Below, piece after piece: positions 1 to 7,839 of a stretch of DNA of 22,265 nt (position 1 is its first letter; every line of letters starts with the position of its first letter). The DNA comes from Rikenella microfusus (GTDB lineage Bacteria; Bacteroidota; Bacteroidia; Bacteroidales; DYQK01), in NCBI GenBank assembly GCA_020719385.1, contig DYQK01000047.1, positions 1,287-23,551 on the forward strand. Reading direction: 5' to 3'. The translations under genes and the position numbers were made by a program. The notes under the pieces are model-generated. The model had not been told where the DNA came from. It saw only the letters and a list, made by a program, of their open reading frames with translations, and did not search any database.

Positions 1-890
1 GTCCAAAAACCTGTTGCAGGATATGGATTTTCTGCTTGCAAAAATGTTGAGTCTGCACAAATATCTCTATCTGCACCTGCAGAAATCAAAATTTGATTAT
101 TGACAACTGTAATGACATCTGTAGATTCGCAATTTTGATTAGTGACCGTCCATCGATAATTGTTAGTCCCAAAAGCGATATTCGAAACTCTTGTATTAAA
201 AAGTGTAGAATTTTCAAAAATTCCCGTTCCTCCATCAACAGTCCATTTTCCTTTTGCTGTGGGAGAAAATGTTTGAGGATTATTTGCCGCTAAGTGTGTC
301 CAATTATCACAAGTTATTTCGTCATTGCCTGCATGGGCAGGAACTTGACTTTTTAAAACTATCATTTCCGCAGAACTTGAACAAGTTTCAGACGAAACAG
401 TCCAAGTAAAAATATTTTCTCCAAAAGCTAAATTTCTGACAAGAGTGTTATAACTTGTCGGATTTTCAATAATGACTTGAGGAATATTGCAAGTCCAAAT
501 TCCTGTTGCACCCAAAGACGGCATTACTGCGTTAAGAATCGCAGAAGTGTCGCAAATATTTTGACTATTTCCTGCACTCGTAACGACAGAATTGCTTGTA
601 ATTGTTACCTCATCGAAAAGAGAGTTGACAGACCATCGAAAACGATTTGCTCCAACACCTAAACCTCGCACTTTTGTGTTGTAAAGTGTTGAATTTTCGA
701 AAATTCCTGCTCCTGCAATAACAGACCAAAAACCTGTTGCGGGGTAAGGATTATTTGCCTGCATAAAAGTCGAATCGGCACAAATTGCTTGGTCTTCACC
801 CGCATAGACAACTTGCGATTTTACTTTTTCACAAAATAAAGTGAAAAATATACTCAAAATGAGTAACGAAAAAATTTTTAAACGTTTCAT
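1..890 (-). CDS. Partial (3'-truncated by window edge) secreted protein built from ~82-aa tandem repeats; N-terminal signal peptide MKRLKIFSLLILSIFFTLFCEKVKSQ
   Basis: ATG at 888-890 (revcomp). I translated the minus strand by hand from 890 to 1 and found no stop. This ORF is absent from the six-frame track. The repeat unit (C.D.....A..P...TG.W....G.G.F.NST..NT.V..L..G.N.F.W.V) recurs 4 times, and the nucleotide repeat is visible too (e.g. 1-60 vs 721-790). Confidence 0.6.
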   Translation of the reverse strand, partial: MKRLKIFSLLILSIFFTLFCEKVKSQVVYAGEDQAICADSTFMQANNPYPATGFWSVIAGAGIFENSTLYNTKVRGLGVGANRFRWSVNSLFDEVTITSNSVVTSAGNSQNICDTSAILNAVMPSLGATGIWTCNIPQVIIENPTSYNTLVRNLAFGENIFTWTVSSETCSSSAEMIVLKSQVPAHAGNDEITCDNWTHLAANNPQTFSPTAKGKWTVDGGTGIFENSTLFNTRVSNIAFGTNNYRWTVTNQNCESTDVITVVNNQILISAGADRDICADSTFLQAENPYPATGFW

Positions 891-998
891 AGAACACAGA
901 ATTTAAAATTAAAAAGTAAAAAATAGTTTACAAAATATAAACGAAGTTTTTAGAAAAATTATTGTGTAAATTATTGAAAAAAAATCGTTTTCATTTTT

Positions 999-2768
999 TT
1001 AATGAATACAATTTGATTTTCTGATTTTTGCAAAATTAGTGTTTTTTGTCTGATTCCATTCGTCATATTTTTTTTGCAATTCGATGTCATTTGCCAAAAA
1101 AACGGTATAATGTTCTAACAATTCAACAATTTTTGAATCATCAGAAAATAAACTAATTTTGTTAAATTCCATTTTTTCGATGATTTTCTTAACTTTTTTT
1201 TCTGTATATTTGTCTAAACTTTTCAAATATTCAAAATCTTGTTTCCATTTTTGCGTGTAACCAATTTTTTCATAAAAAAAACGGTACACCAAATAATCAT
1301 TTGGCATGTACAACAATTCGATAAATTCTTCAAGATTTTTACCAAATGCTTTTTCGACAAATGCTCTTCGATGCCCGATTTTGCCATAAGTGGCATTTAA
1401 AATCGAATAAATTGCCCGAATAAATTTTTTATTCCAATATTTTCCATAATTATCTCTTTTTCGAGATTTATTTCCTTCTATTTCTAAATATTTCATTGGA
1501 AAAGAAAATATTTTTAAACCTAATTCTTCTCGCAAATCCGTATTTATTTTAATTCGGTGATAAAAATCTTCGGGTTTGTCAGTGAAATTGTAAAGTATAT
1601 AATTTGAAAAATCTAAAATTCCAAATTTCACACATAACCGAATTGCTTTTTCGTAATGTTTTCGAAATTTAATGTTGTCAAAAGCAATACGCACGGGACG
1701 AATTGCAATTTCACTTAATAATTTCGCTTTTTTTTCGTCGAGTAAACGGGCATCAATGCCTTGATTAAAATCAACATATCGATTTTTCCCATGTTTTTTT
1801 AAAAATTTTGCGTACCACTCAATAATTTGTGGAAATTCAGATAACAGTTTTAACAAAATCTCTTTTGTTTCAGAAAAATTTTCGATTTTTACATTAGAAT
1901 TTTCTAAATTATGTGTTTGCAAAAAAGAATTTAACTTCGTAGAATCGGTTTCTTTTAATTTTTTCAACAATAAATGTATGTGTTCGACAATTTTTCGTAC
2001 ATAAAATTTTTCATTACAATTTTTTTTGTTCAAATTATTAAAATATATCTCTAACCAATTCGGTTCAACATATTTTGCACCTTTATAAAAACCAATTTCT
2101 TTTATTTCCTGAATAATTTTTTCGAAATTTTCAGAATTTAAAACATTATTATCTAATAAAATTAAATCTTTTGGTTCACCAAAAGTATTTTTAATATATT
2201 CGAAATTATCTTTTAACGGAATATAATGTTTAAATGTCGGTTCAATAATTGGAACAGCACAAAATTTACATTTATTGCTACAGCCTCTTGTTGTGTAAGC
2301 AAAATATGCATCAGAAACAGGATATTTATACTCAATTTCTTCCAAAATTGAATAGTCAAGAGGTAAATTGTCAATAATTGTGTCGTTTTTATCTAAAATA
2401 TTTGGTTTATCAAGTAAACCAAAGTGAATATTAATTTTACTAAATAAATTTGCGTTAAGAATATTTTCAATTTCTTCTTTGTGTATCGAAGCAGTTATTC
2501 CGCCAACCCATAATTCTCCATCTTTGTTTAAAAGTTTTTGAGCATATTGAATTGTTTCGATAGTTTTTTTCCAATAAAATGTAAAAAGTGTCGAAACGCA
2601 AATTCTGTCATAAAAATTTTGTTTATCTTTTGAAAAATTTTTAATATCTCCTTTAAAAAAAGTAACCTTATCACCTAAATCTCGGTGATAAGTTGCAAGT
2701 TTCATTAATCCGATGGGCGGATATTTGTTTTTGTAACTGGGTTCTAATAATAAAACTTTACGATTCAT
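999..2768 (-). CDS. Large radical SAM protein (589 aa) with an N-terminal Rossmann/B12-binding-like region and a CX3CX2C cluster motif
   Basis: Motif TTRGCSNKCKFCAVP (C-x3-C-x2-C) near residue 160. N-terminus KVLLLEPSYKNKYPPIGLMKLATYHRDLGDKVTFF resembles B12-binding-domain radical SAM enzymes. Its start overlaps the upstream gene's stop by 1 nt at 2768. Confidence 0.8.
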   Translation of the reverse strand: MNRKVLLLEPSYKNKYPPIGLMKLATYHRDLGDKVTFFKGDIKNFSKDKQNFYDRICVSTLFTFYWKKTIETIQYAQKLLNKDGELWVGGITASIHKEEIENILNANLFSKINIHFGLLDKPNILDKNDTIIDNLPLDYSILEEIEYKYPVSDAYFAYTTRGCSNKCKFCAVPIIEPTFKHYIPLKDNFEYIKNTFGEPKDLILLDNNVLNSENFEKIIQEIKEIGFYKGAKYVEPNWLEIYFNNLNKKNCNEKFYVRKIVEHIHLLLKKLKETDSTKLNSFLQTHNLENSNVKIENFSETKEILLKLLSEFPQIIEWYAKFLKKHGKNRYVDFNQGIDARLLDEKKAKLLSEIAIRPVRIAFDNIKFRKHYEKAIRLCVKFGILDFSNYILYNFTDKPEDFYHRIKINTDLREELGLKIFSFPMKYLEIEGNKSRKRDNYGKYWNKKFIRAIYSILNATYGKIGHRRAFVEKAFGKNLEEFIELLYMPNDYLVYRFFYEKIGYTQKWKQDFEYLKSLDKYTEKKVKKIIEKMEFNKISLFSDDSKIVELLEHYTVFLANDIELQKKYDEWNQTKNTNFAKIRKSNCIH

Positions 2769-4383
2769 TATTTTAAAGTTTTTTTAATTTGAGATATCAA
2801 CTCCTCGCCGCAAAGTGATGGATATTTGCGAATTACATCAACTATTGTTGAAAGTTTAAATAACTTATTTTCAACAACATCATTTTCAATTTTTTTATTT
2901 TCGTTAATATTTGAAATTTCGTTGATTACTTTCTTGGTCTCTTCACTTTTTTTTTCCAAATGAACCGTCTTTTCAATTTCGATTTTTTTCGAAATTTCTT
3001 CTTTTCTCTTTTCTATGGCATTTTTTATTACAAAACTTCGAAGAGAATTTTCAGATTTTGCTTTTTTCATTTTATTTTCAATATCAATCTTTGTTTTTTC
3101 AACCTCTTTTTTCTTTTTTTGCATTTCATTATATTCTAATTTTTTTTGTTCTTCATCTTCAAATGAATTTTCTTTCTGTTTTTGCTCAAATTCAGAAATA
3201 GCAATTCTGGCTTTTTTTAATTTATTTATCAAAGAATTAACTGCAGCTTCATCTTGCGGAAGTTTACTATAACCATACAAAACTTCTCGCAATACTTTTT
3301 GAAATTGCTTAACGCAATATTCATTTTCAACAAAAAAATCTCTTCGTGCATTTGGAATTAATTCTTTGTTAAAAACAAATATTTCACCTATAAAATAATC
3401 GTTCCATCTATCTCGTTTAAAAAATTTATCTAAACTATTTTCGTCACCAATTTGAATATTGTGTTTTCGCAAACGAAATCCTCTTATTGCTTTATAACTA
3501 TTATGAACCATTTTACTCATAGAATCTCTTATCGCAAACCATCCATAAAACAAAATACTTCCTTCATTATCGTGTTTTTCAAAATATTCCAACATTTGTA
3601 TTTTATCAGATTTTTTTGTATCCTCTTCTTTTGTTGTCTCATCTATAACAGATAATTCATCTGTATAATTTTTGAATATTGGCAAATTATTTAGATGAAC
3701 ATTATATTCATATTCACTTATGGGTAAATTAAGTTCTTTTAACTTCGAATATATCTCATTTCTAAAACTAAAATTTGAAGAATAAGCAACAGGAGCAACT
3801 GTGGATAAATACAGTTTTATGCCTTCGACATCCAACAAATCATCATTAGTAACTTTTTCTAAAGTTACATAAAAATAATGTCGATTAATATCTTCTTCGA
3901 AAACTTTAAAATCTGTTACTTCACGTATGACTTCAACAGCTTCTCTTCTTGTTGTGGAATTATAAAGTATTTCTTTCAATTTTTTCGCATCCCAAATAAA
4001 AATACTTTTTTTCGCTTCACCTTTATAAGACGTTTCAAAAATTAATTTTTCACAACAAGCAAGTCCTCCGAGACGTCCAATACCTCGAAACCCTTTTTCT
4101 GTATTTCTATTTTTTCAGATTCAGCAATATTTCCTAACAAAGATTCAACATATTGCGACTCTATACCTGTACCATTGTCTCGAATTCTAATTTTTCGTTC
4201 ATTTTTAATTATTTCAACATGGATAGAACTTTCACTTTGCATTTGCAAAATATTCATTCTCACAGCTTTATCAATAGAATCAGCAGCGTTTTGTACATAT
4301 TCTCGAAAAATAATTCGTGGGTCTTCATACATTCCTGTAGTTAAAACTTCAATGACATTCTTGCCAATACGAGGATAACTCAT
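2768..4383 (-). pseudogene. GHKL-superfamily ATPase (Hsp90/MutL/MORC-like Bergerat fold) with a long K/E-rich C-terminal coiled coil. It is split into two ORFs (4042..4383 and 2768..3979, extendable in-frame upstream to ~4114) by a 1-nt frameshift in a homopolymer at ~4091-4098; intact length ~535 aa
   Basis: N-box REYVQNAADSIDKA and G1 box IRDNGTGI lie in the 113-aa ORF. The G2 box KGFRGIGRLGGLAC appears in the -1 frame immediately after the T5/C3 run, and that frame continues directly into the 403-aa ORF, which starts on TTG. Confidence 0.65.
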
Positions 4384-4409
4384 AATTTTTAATAAATTTA
4401 AAATTTTTG

Positions 4410-4440
4410 CAAAATTAATTTCTTTTTTCGAATTTACAAA
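4410..4440 (-). promoter_or_regulatory. Bacteroidetes-type promoter TTTG-N19-TAATTTTG upstream of the GHKL ATPase/radical SAM pair
   Basis: On the minus strand tattTTTGtaaattcgaaaaaagaaatTAATTTTG lies about 29 nt before the ATG at 4383. It matches the Bacteroidetes sigma-A consensus (-33 TTTG, -7 TAnnTTTG). Confidence 0.4.
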
Positions 4441-4458
4441 ATATTTTTCTAAAATTCC

Positions 4459-6396
4459 TCAAATCTCTCGACCCAAATGTTTAAAACCTAAAAATAAAAT
4501 CAATAAATCATTCCGAAGTTTATAATTTTTTGCATAATTCATATTTAATTTTTGTAAAATCTCACTCGAAAAGTCAATATTCGGCAAAGAATCGGCAACC
4601 GTCAACACGCCTTTTTTCAACCTCGGCAAATGAATCTCGTTAAAATGTGAAACTGAAACATAACCAACAAAAGTATTTTTACCTCTTAAAACGTTAAAAA
4701 TATTTAAAAAATATTTCTTTTTGTTAATTATTGCAAAAATGAAAATCGGAAAAAACAAAAACAAACACAAAGAAACCGAAATATCTAAAAACCTTTTTCG
4801 CAAACGATTCTGCGGCTTGCTTATCGCATTCATATTTAACTCGTAAAAATGCTCCTCCGCAAAAATCGAATGACTCCCAATTATCGCAACATTCTCTGGC
4901 GGAATAATTTTATACGCAACTTTACAATCCGCTAAATTCCACATATTCTCTATAATTTCTTGCGAAGACAAAGAATCAGCTGAAAAAATTATCTCATCAA
5001 TTTTATTCATTTTAACCATTTCGCGAAGCGAAGAAACTTGCGAAGGTGAAACAAAATCGACAACTTCAAAATGAATTTCGCTTTGTTTTAACAAATTTAA
5101 AATCTCATTTTGTTCAACATTTCCAACAATTAACAACCGTTTTTTTTGCGAAAACGAAAATTGATAATTTTGAAACTTTAAAAAATGTAAAAAAGTCCTA
5201 AAAAACATTAAAATTATCACAGAATAAGCAAAACCCAACAAAATCAATGCCCGCGAATAGCGATATTTCTCACTCAACAACGCATAAATTAACAAAATCG
5301 CTATTGTTCCCAATGTTAAACCTTTCAAAATATCAAAAAATTTGAACGGTTTTTCGTATCCCCGCGACAAATACAACGAAATTAACCAAATAAAAATGTA
5401 AAAAGGTACAACAATACTCCAATATTCTGTCGGATAAATATCATTTTTCCCAAATTTATACAATTCCCAAAACGGAGCAAGAAAAAAATATCCCAAAAAA
5501 ATAAACGTAGAATCGCAAAAAGGCAAAAATATTGCGTCAATAAAACGCTTCAAAAGCGAAAGAAAAGCCCGAAAATAAACCGCAAATTTTATGATATACG
5601 AAAAAATCTTTGCATTTTGCTGCGAAAAATGTTTTTTCGCAAAAATTAACATCGCTTCATAAAAAACTAAAACATAATTTACGCTATTTTTCTTCGTACT
5701 CTCGCCTTTGTAATGAATAATTGTCGTTTCTGGAAAATAAAAATTTTTGTAACCTGCTTTCAAAATCCGATAAGAAAGGTCAATATCTTCGCCGTACATA
5801 AAAAAAGTTTCGTCCAAAAGCCCGATTTTATCAAGCATTTCCTTACGCAAAAGCATAAACGCACCTGACAAAATTTCAACTTCGTTTGTCTTTTCTTTGT
5901 CCAAATAAGTTAAATGATATTTCCCAAAAGTTTTCGATTTCGGAAAAATTTTCGAGAAACCAAAAATTTTATAAAACGCAACCGCAGGAGTCGGCAAGGA
6001 ACGCTTCGATTCGGGCAAAAAATTCCCATTTCCATCAATCATTTTCACACCCAAACCGCCTGCCTCGGAATGAGAATCCATAAAATTTACAATTTTCACA
6101 AACGTTTCCTCCTGCACAACCGTATCAGGATTCAATAACAAAACATATTTGCCCTTTGCCAAACGAATCGCTTGATTATTTGCTCTCGAAAAACCCGTAT
6201 TTTGTTTATTTTCAATGAGATAGACCTCAGCAAATTTTTGTTTAACCATCGCACAAGAACCATCGGCAGAATTGTTATCAACGACAAAAATCTCTATCTC
6301 GGAAGGCAACAAATTCGCTGCTTTCCTCACAGAATAAAGGCATTGCTCCAAAAAATACTTCACATTATAATTGACAATTATCACCGAAAGTTTCAT
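4459..6396 (-). CDS. Family 2 glycosyltransferase domain fused to a polytopic membrane domain and a C-terminal Rossmann-like region
   Basis: N-terminus LSVIIVNYNVKYFLEQCL...VVDNNSADGS...NQAIRLAKGKYVLLLNPDT is a typical GT2 (GT-A) fold with the DxD region. The middle ~250 aa is strongly hydrophobic (multiple TM helices). The C-terminus has RLLIVGNVEQNEILNLL, a Rossmann-like start. Confidence 0.7.
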   Translation of the reverse strand: MKLSVIIVNYNVKYFLEQCLYSVRKAANLLPSEIEIFVVDNNSADGSCAMVKQKFAEVYLIENKQNTGFSRANNQAIRLAKGKYVLLLNPDTVVQEETFVKIVNFMDSHSEAGGLGVKMIDGNGNFLPESKRSLPTPAVAFYKIFGFSKIFPKSKTFGKYHLTYLDKEKTNEVEILSGAFMLLRKEMLDKIGLLDETFFMYGEDIDLSYRILKAGYKNFYFPETTIIHYKGESTKKNSVNYVLVFYEAMLIFAKKHFSQQNAKIFSYIIKFAVYFRAFLSLLKRFIDAIFLPFCDSTFIFLGYFFLAPFWELYKFGKNDIYPTEYWSIVVPFYIFIWLISLYLSRGYEKPFKFFDILKGLTLGTIAILLIYALLSEKYRYSRALILLGFAYSVIILMFFRTFLHFLKFQNYQFSFSQKKRLLIVGNVEQNEILNLLKQSEIHFEVVDFVSPSQVSSLREMVKMNKIDEIIFSADSLSSQEIIENMWNLADCKVAYKIIPPENVAIIGSHSIFAEEHFYELNMNAISKPQNRLRKRFLDISVSLCLFLFFPIFIFAIINKKKYFLNIFNVLRGKNTFVGYVSVSHFNEIHLPRLKKGVLTVADSLPNIDFSSEILQKLNMNYAKNYKLRNDLLILFLGFKHLGREI

Positions 6397-6402
6397 AAAA
6401 TT

Positions 6403-7743
6403 TTATTTTCGCGTTTTGACCGTAGTTTTTTCTTGAATCCAACCCTCAATTTGAAAAGTTTGTCCTTCCTTATAATTGTAAAAAAATGCGTCTTCTTTTT
6501 GCGGAAAGTGTTGTGAATACAAAGAAATTTGCTTTTCTGCATCTGAAATTAACGCAGAATCAAGGGTTTTTGCTTTGAGAAAATAATCGACAGCAAGGCA
6601 ATAAACCATTTTTCTCTCAAAGTCATTTTTTCCAACATTTTTGGCAGCGGCAGCGTAAATTAATCCCAAAAGAAAATAAATTTTCCCATTTTTCGAGTCA
6701 ATTTGAAGAGCATTTTTACAAAAATTCCGAGATTTCTCCAAATTTTCAGTTTTTTCGTAAACCAACAAAGCGATTTCGTAAAAAAGAGTGAATCTCTCGC
6801 TGCTGTCGGTGGAAAGTTTTATTGCGTTCTCGTAAAATGAAATGGACTTTTCTATCTCGTTTTTTCGCAAAGAAAAAATGGCAAGCGAACGAAAATTCGC
6901 AGCACTCGGTGCTAACTCATTGATTTTCAAGACCAATAATTCCAAAAATTCAGATTCTTTGCACAACGAAATAGCGAAGTATTGATAAATTTTATTTAAC
7001 CAATCTAAATTTTGCGAATATTTCTCAAAATCTTTGCGAAAAACGGTATCTAAAATTTGACAATTAAAAATTTTATTTTCCAAAATTAATTTCTCTATTT
7101 CTATTTTCGCATTCGAAATATTATTTTTTTTCTCCGCAGAATTTTCTGTACTCAATTGATTATCAAGATATTGAAGAGATAAAAAATAATTTTCTAAAAG
7201 TTTCTGTTTTGTAATTTTGTTTTCTTTAAAAAAATTAACAGAATATTTAACAAAAGTTAAAAAAACTAACGGTTCAGTTTTATTTTTTTGCAACGAAACC
7301 GATTTTTCTGTCATTTTATAAATTTTTTCAGTGCTATCTGTTTGATATTTCGCCACATCAAGAGACTTTTTTCCCAAGACAAAACCTTCCTCGCCGAAGA
7401 GAGAAATACGTTTATCATAAAGAGAAAAAAGTGTATCCAAAAATTTATTTTTTCGTTGAGTATTTGTTTCATTATCAATGAGATAGCGAAAAATTTTTGC
7501 TCCGTCAATATAGATATTTTTGTTAGTTTTTGGGCAAGAGAAATAAACTTTTCTCCAATGCAAAAGTGCGTTTTGAAAATCTTGAATTTTTAAAAATTCT
7601 TTGTACAAAGAGATTTTTTTCAAACACTCAATGCTGTCTTTGTTGTTTTTTTTTGTTTGCGAAAAACCAATTAACGTTAAAAAAGTTAAAAATATCAAAA
7701 AAAATGTTTTTTTCATAAAAAAATTAGGTTTATTTCGTTGCAA
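6403..7743 (-). CDS. Secreted TPR-like/helical-repeat protein; true start probably the internal Met (MKKTFFLIFLTFLTLIGFSQ) at ~7716
   Basis: Signal peptide, then repeated amphipathic helical segments with TPR-like LxxAxxYF patterns. It sits 6 nt upstream of the GT2 gene on the same strand. Confidence 0.5.
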   Translation of the reverse strand: MQRNKPNFFMKKTFFLIFLTFLTLIGFSQTKKNNKDSIECLKKISLYKEFLKIQDFQNALLHWRKVYFSCPKTNKNIYIDGAKIFRYLIDNETNTQRKNKFLDTLFSLYDKRISLFGEEGFVLGKKSLDVAKYQTDSTEKIYKMTEKSVSLQKNKTEPLVFLTFVKYSVNFFKENKITKQKLLENYFLSLQYLDNQLSTENSAEKKNNISNAKIEIEKLILENKIFNCQILDTVFRKDFEKYSQNLDWLNKIYQYFAISLCKESEFLELLVLKINELAPSAANFRSLAIFSLRKNEIEKSISFYENAIKLSTDSSERFTLFYEIALLVYEKTENLEKSRNFCKNALQIDSKNGKIYFLLGLIYAAAAKNVGKNDFERKMVYCLAVDYFLKAKTLDSALISDAEKQISLYSQHFPQKEDAFFYNYKEGQTFQIEGWIQEKTTVKTRK

Positions 7744-7809
7744 ATTTAAAGATTTTTTCTCAAAAAAAATTTTTTTTCGAGAAAATGTTTAAAATATAAA
7801 ATATTTTAT

Positions 7810-7817
7810 TATCTTTG
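7810..7817 (+). promoter_or_regulatory. Putative -7 box TATCTTTG of the vault-protein gene promoter
   Basis: TAnnTTTG motif 22 nt upstream of the ATG at 7840. The same TTATCTTTG core is used upstream of the tRNA operon and clpX. The -33 element is not clean. Confidence 0.3.
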
Positions 7818-7839
7818 TTTGTTAAAAAATTGATGCTTT

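Noticed and set aside
93-662. Plus-strand ORFs 93..293 and 477..662
   Set aside because: They lie antisense inside the continuous minus-strand repeat-protein ORF (1..890) and have no motifs. They are AT-rich antisense artefacts.
3015-3655. Plus-strand ORFs 3015..3272, 3452..3655 (and 4153..4344, 4175..4378)
   Set aside because: They are antisense to the GHKL ATPase gene, low-complexity F/S/I-rich, and typical shadow ORFs of a K/E-rich coding strand.
4401-4420. Possible third copy of the 34-bp cassette repeat (tttttgcaaaatt at 4405-4417)
   Set aside because: Only ~13 nt match before the sequences diverge, and it is on the opposite strand relative to the local genes. It is better explained as the -7 region of an ordinary AT-rich promoter.
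5886-6516. Plus-strand ORFs 5886..6083, 5914..6138, 6172..6516
   Set aside because: They are antisense to the GT2 gene and show no recognisable domains.
7288-7792. ORFs 7288..7593(+), 7311..7508(-), 7530..7718(+), 7601..7792(+)
   Set aside because: They are nested in or antisense to the TPR-like gene and its promoter region. 7311..7508(-) is an alternative frame of the same strand that lacks support.
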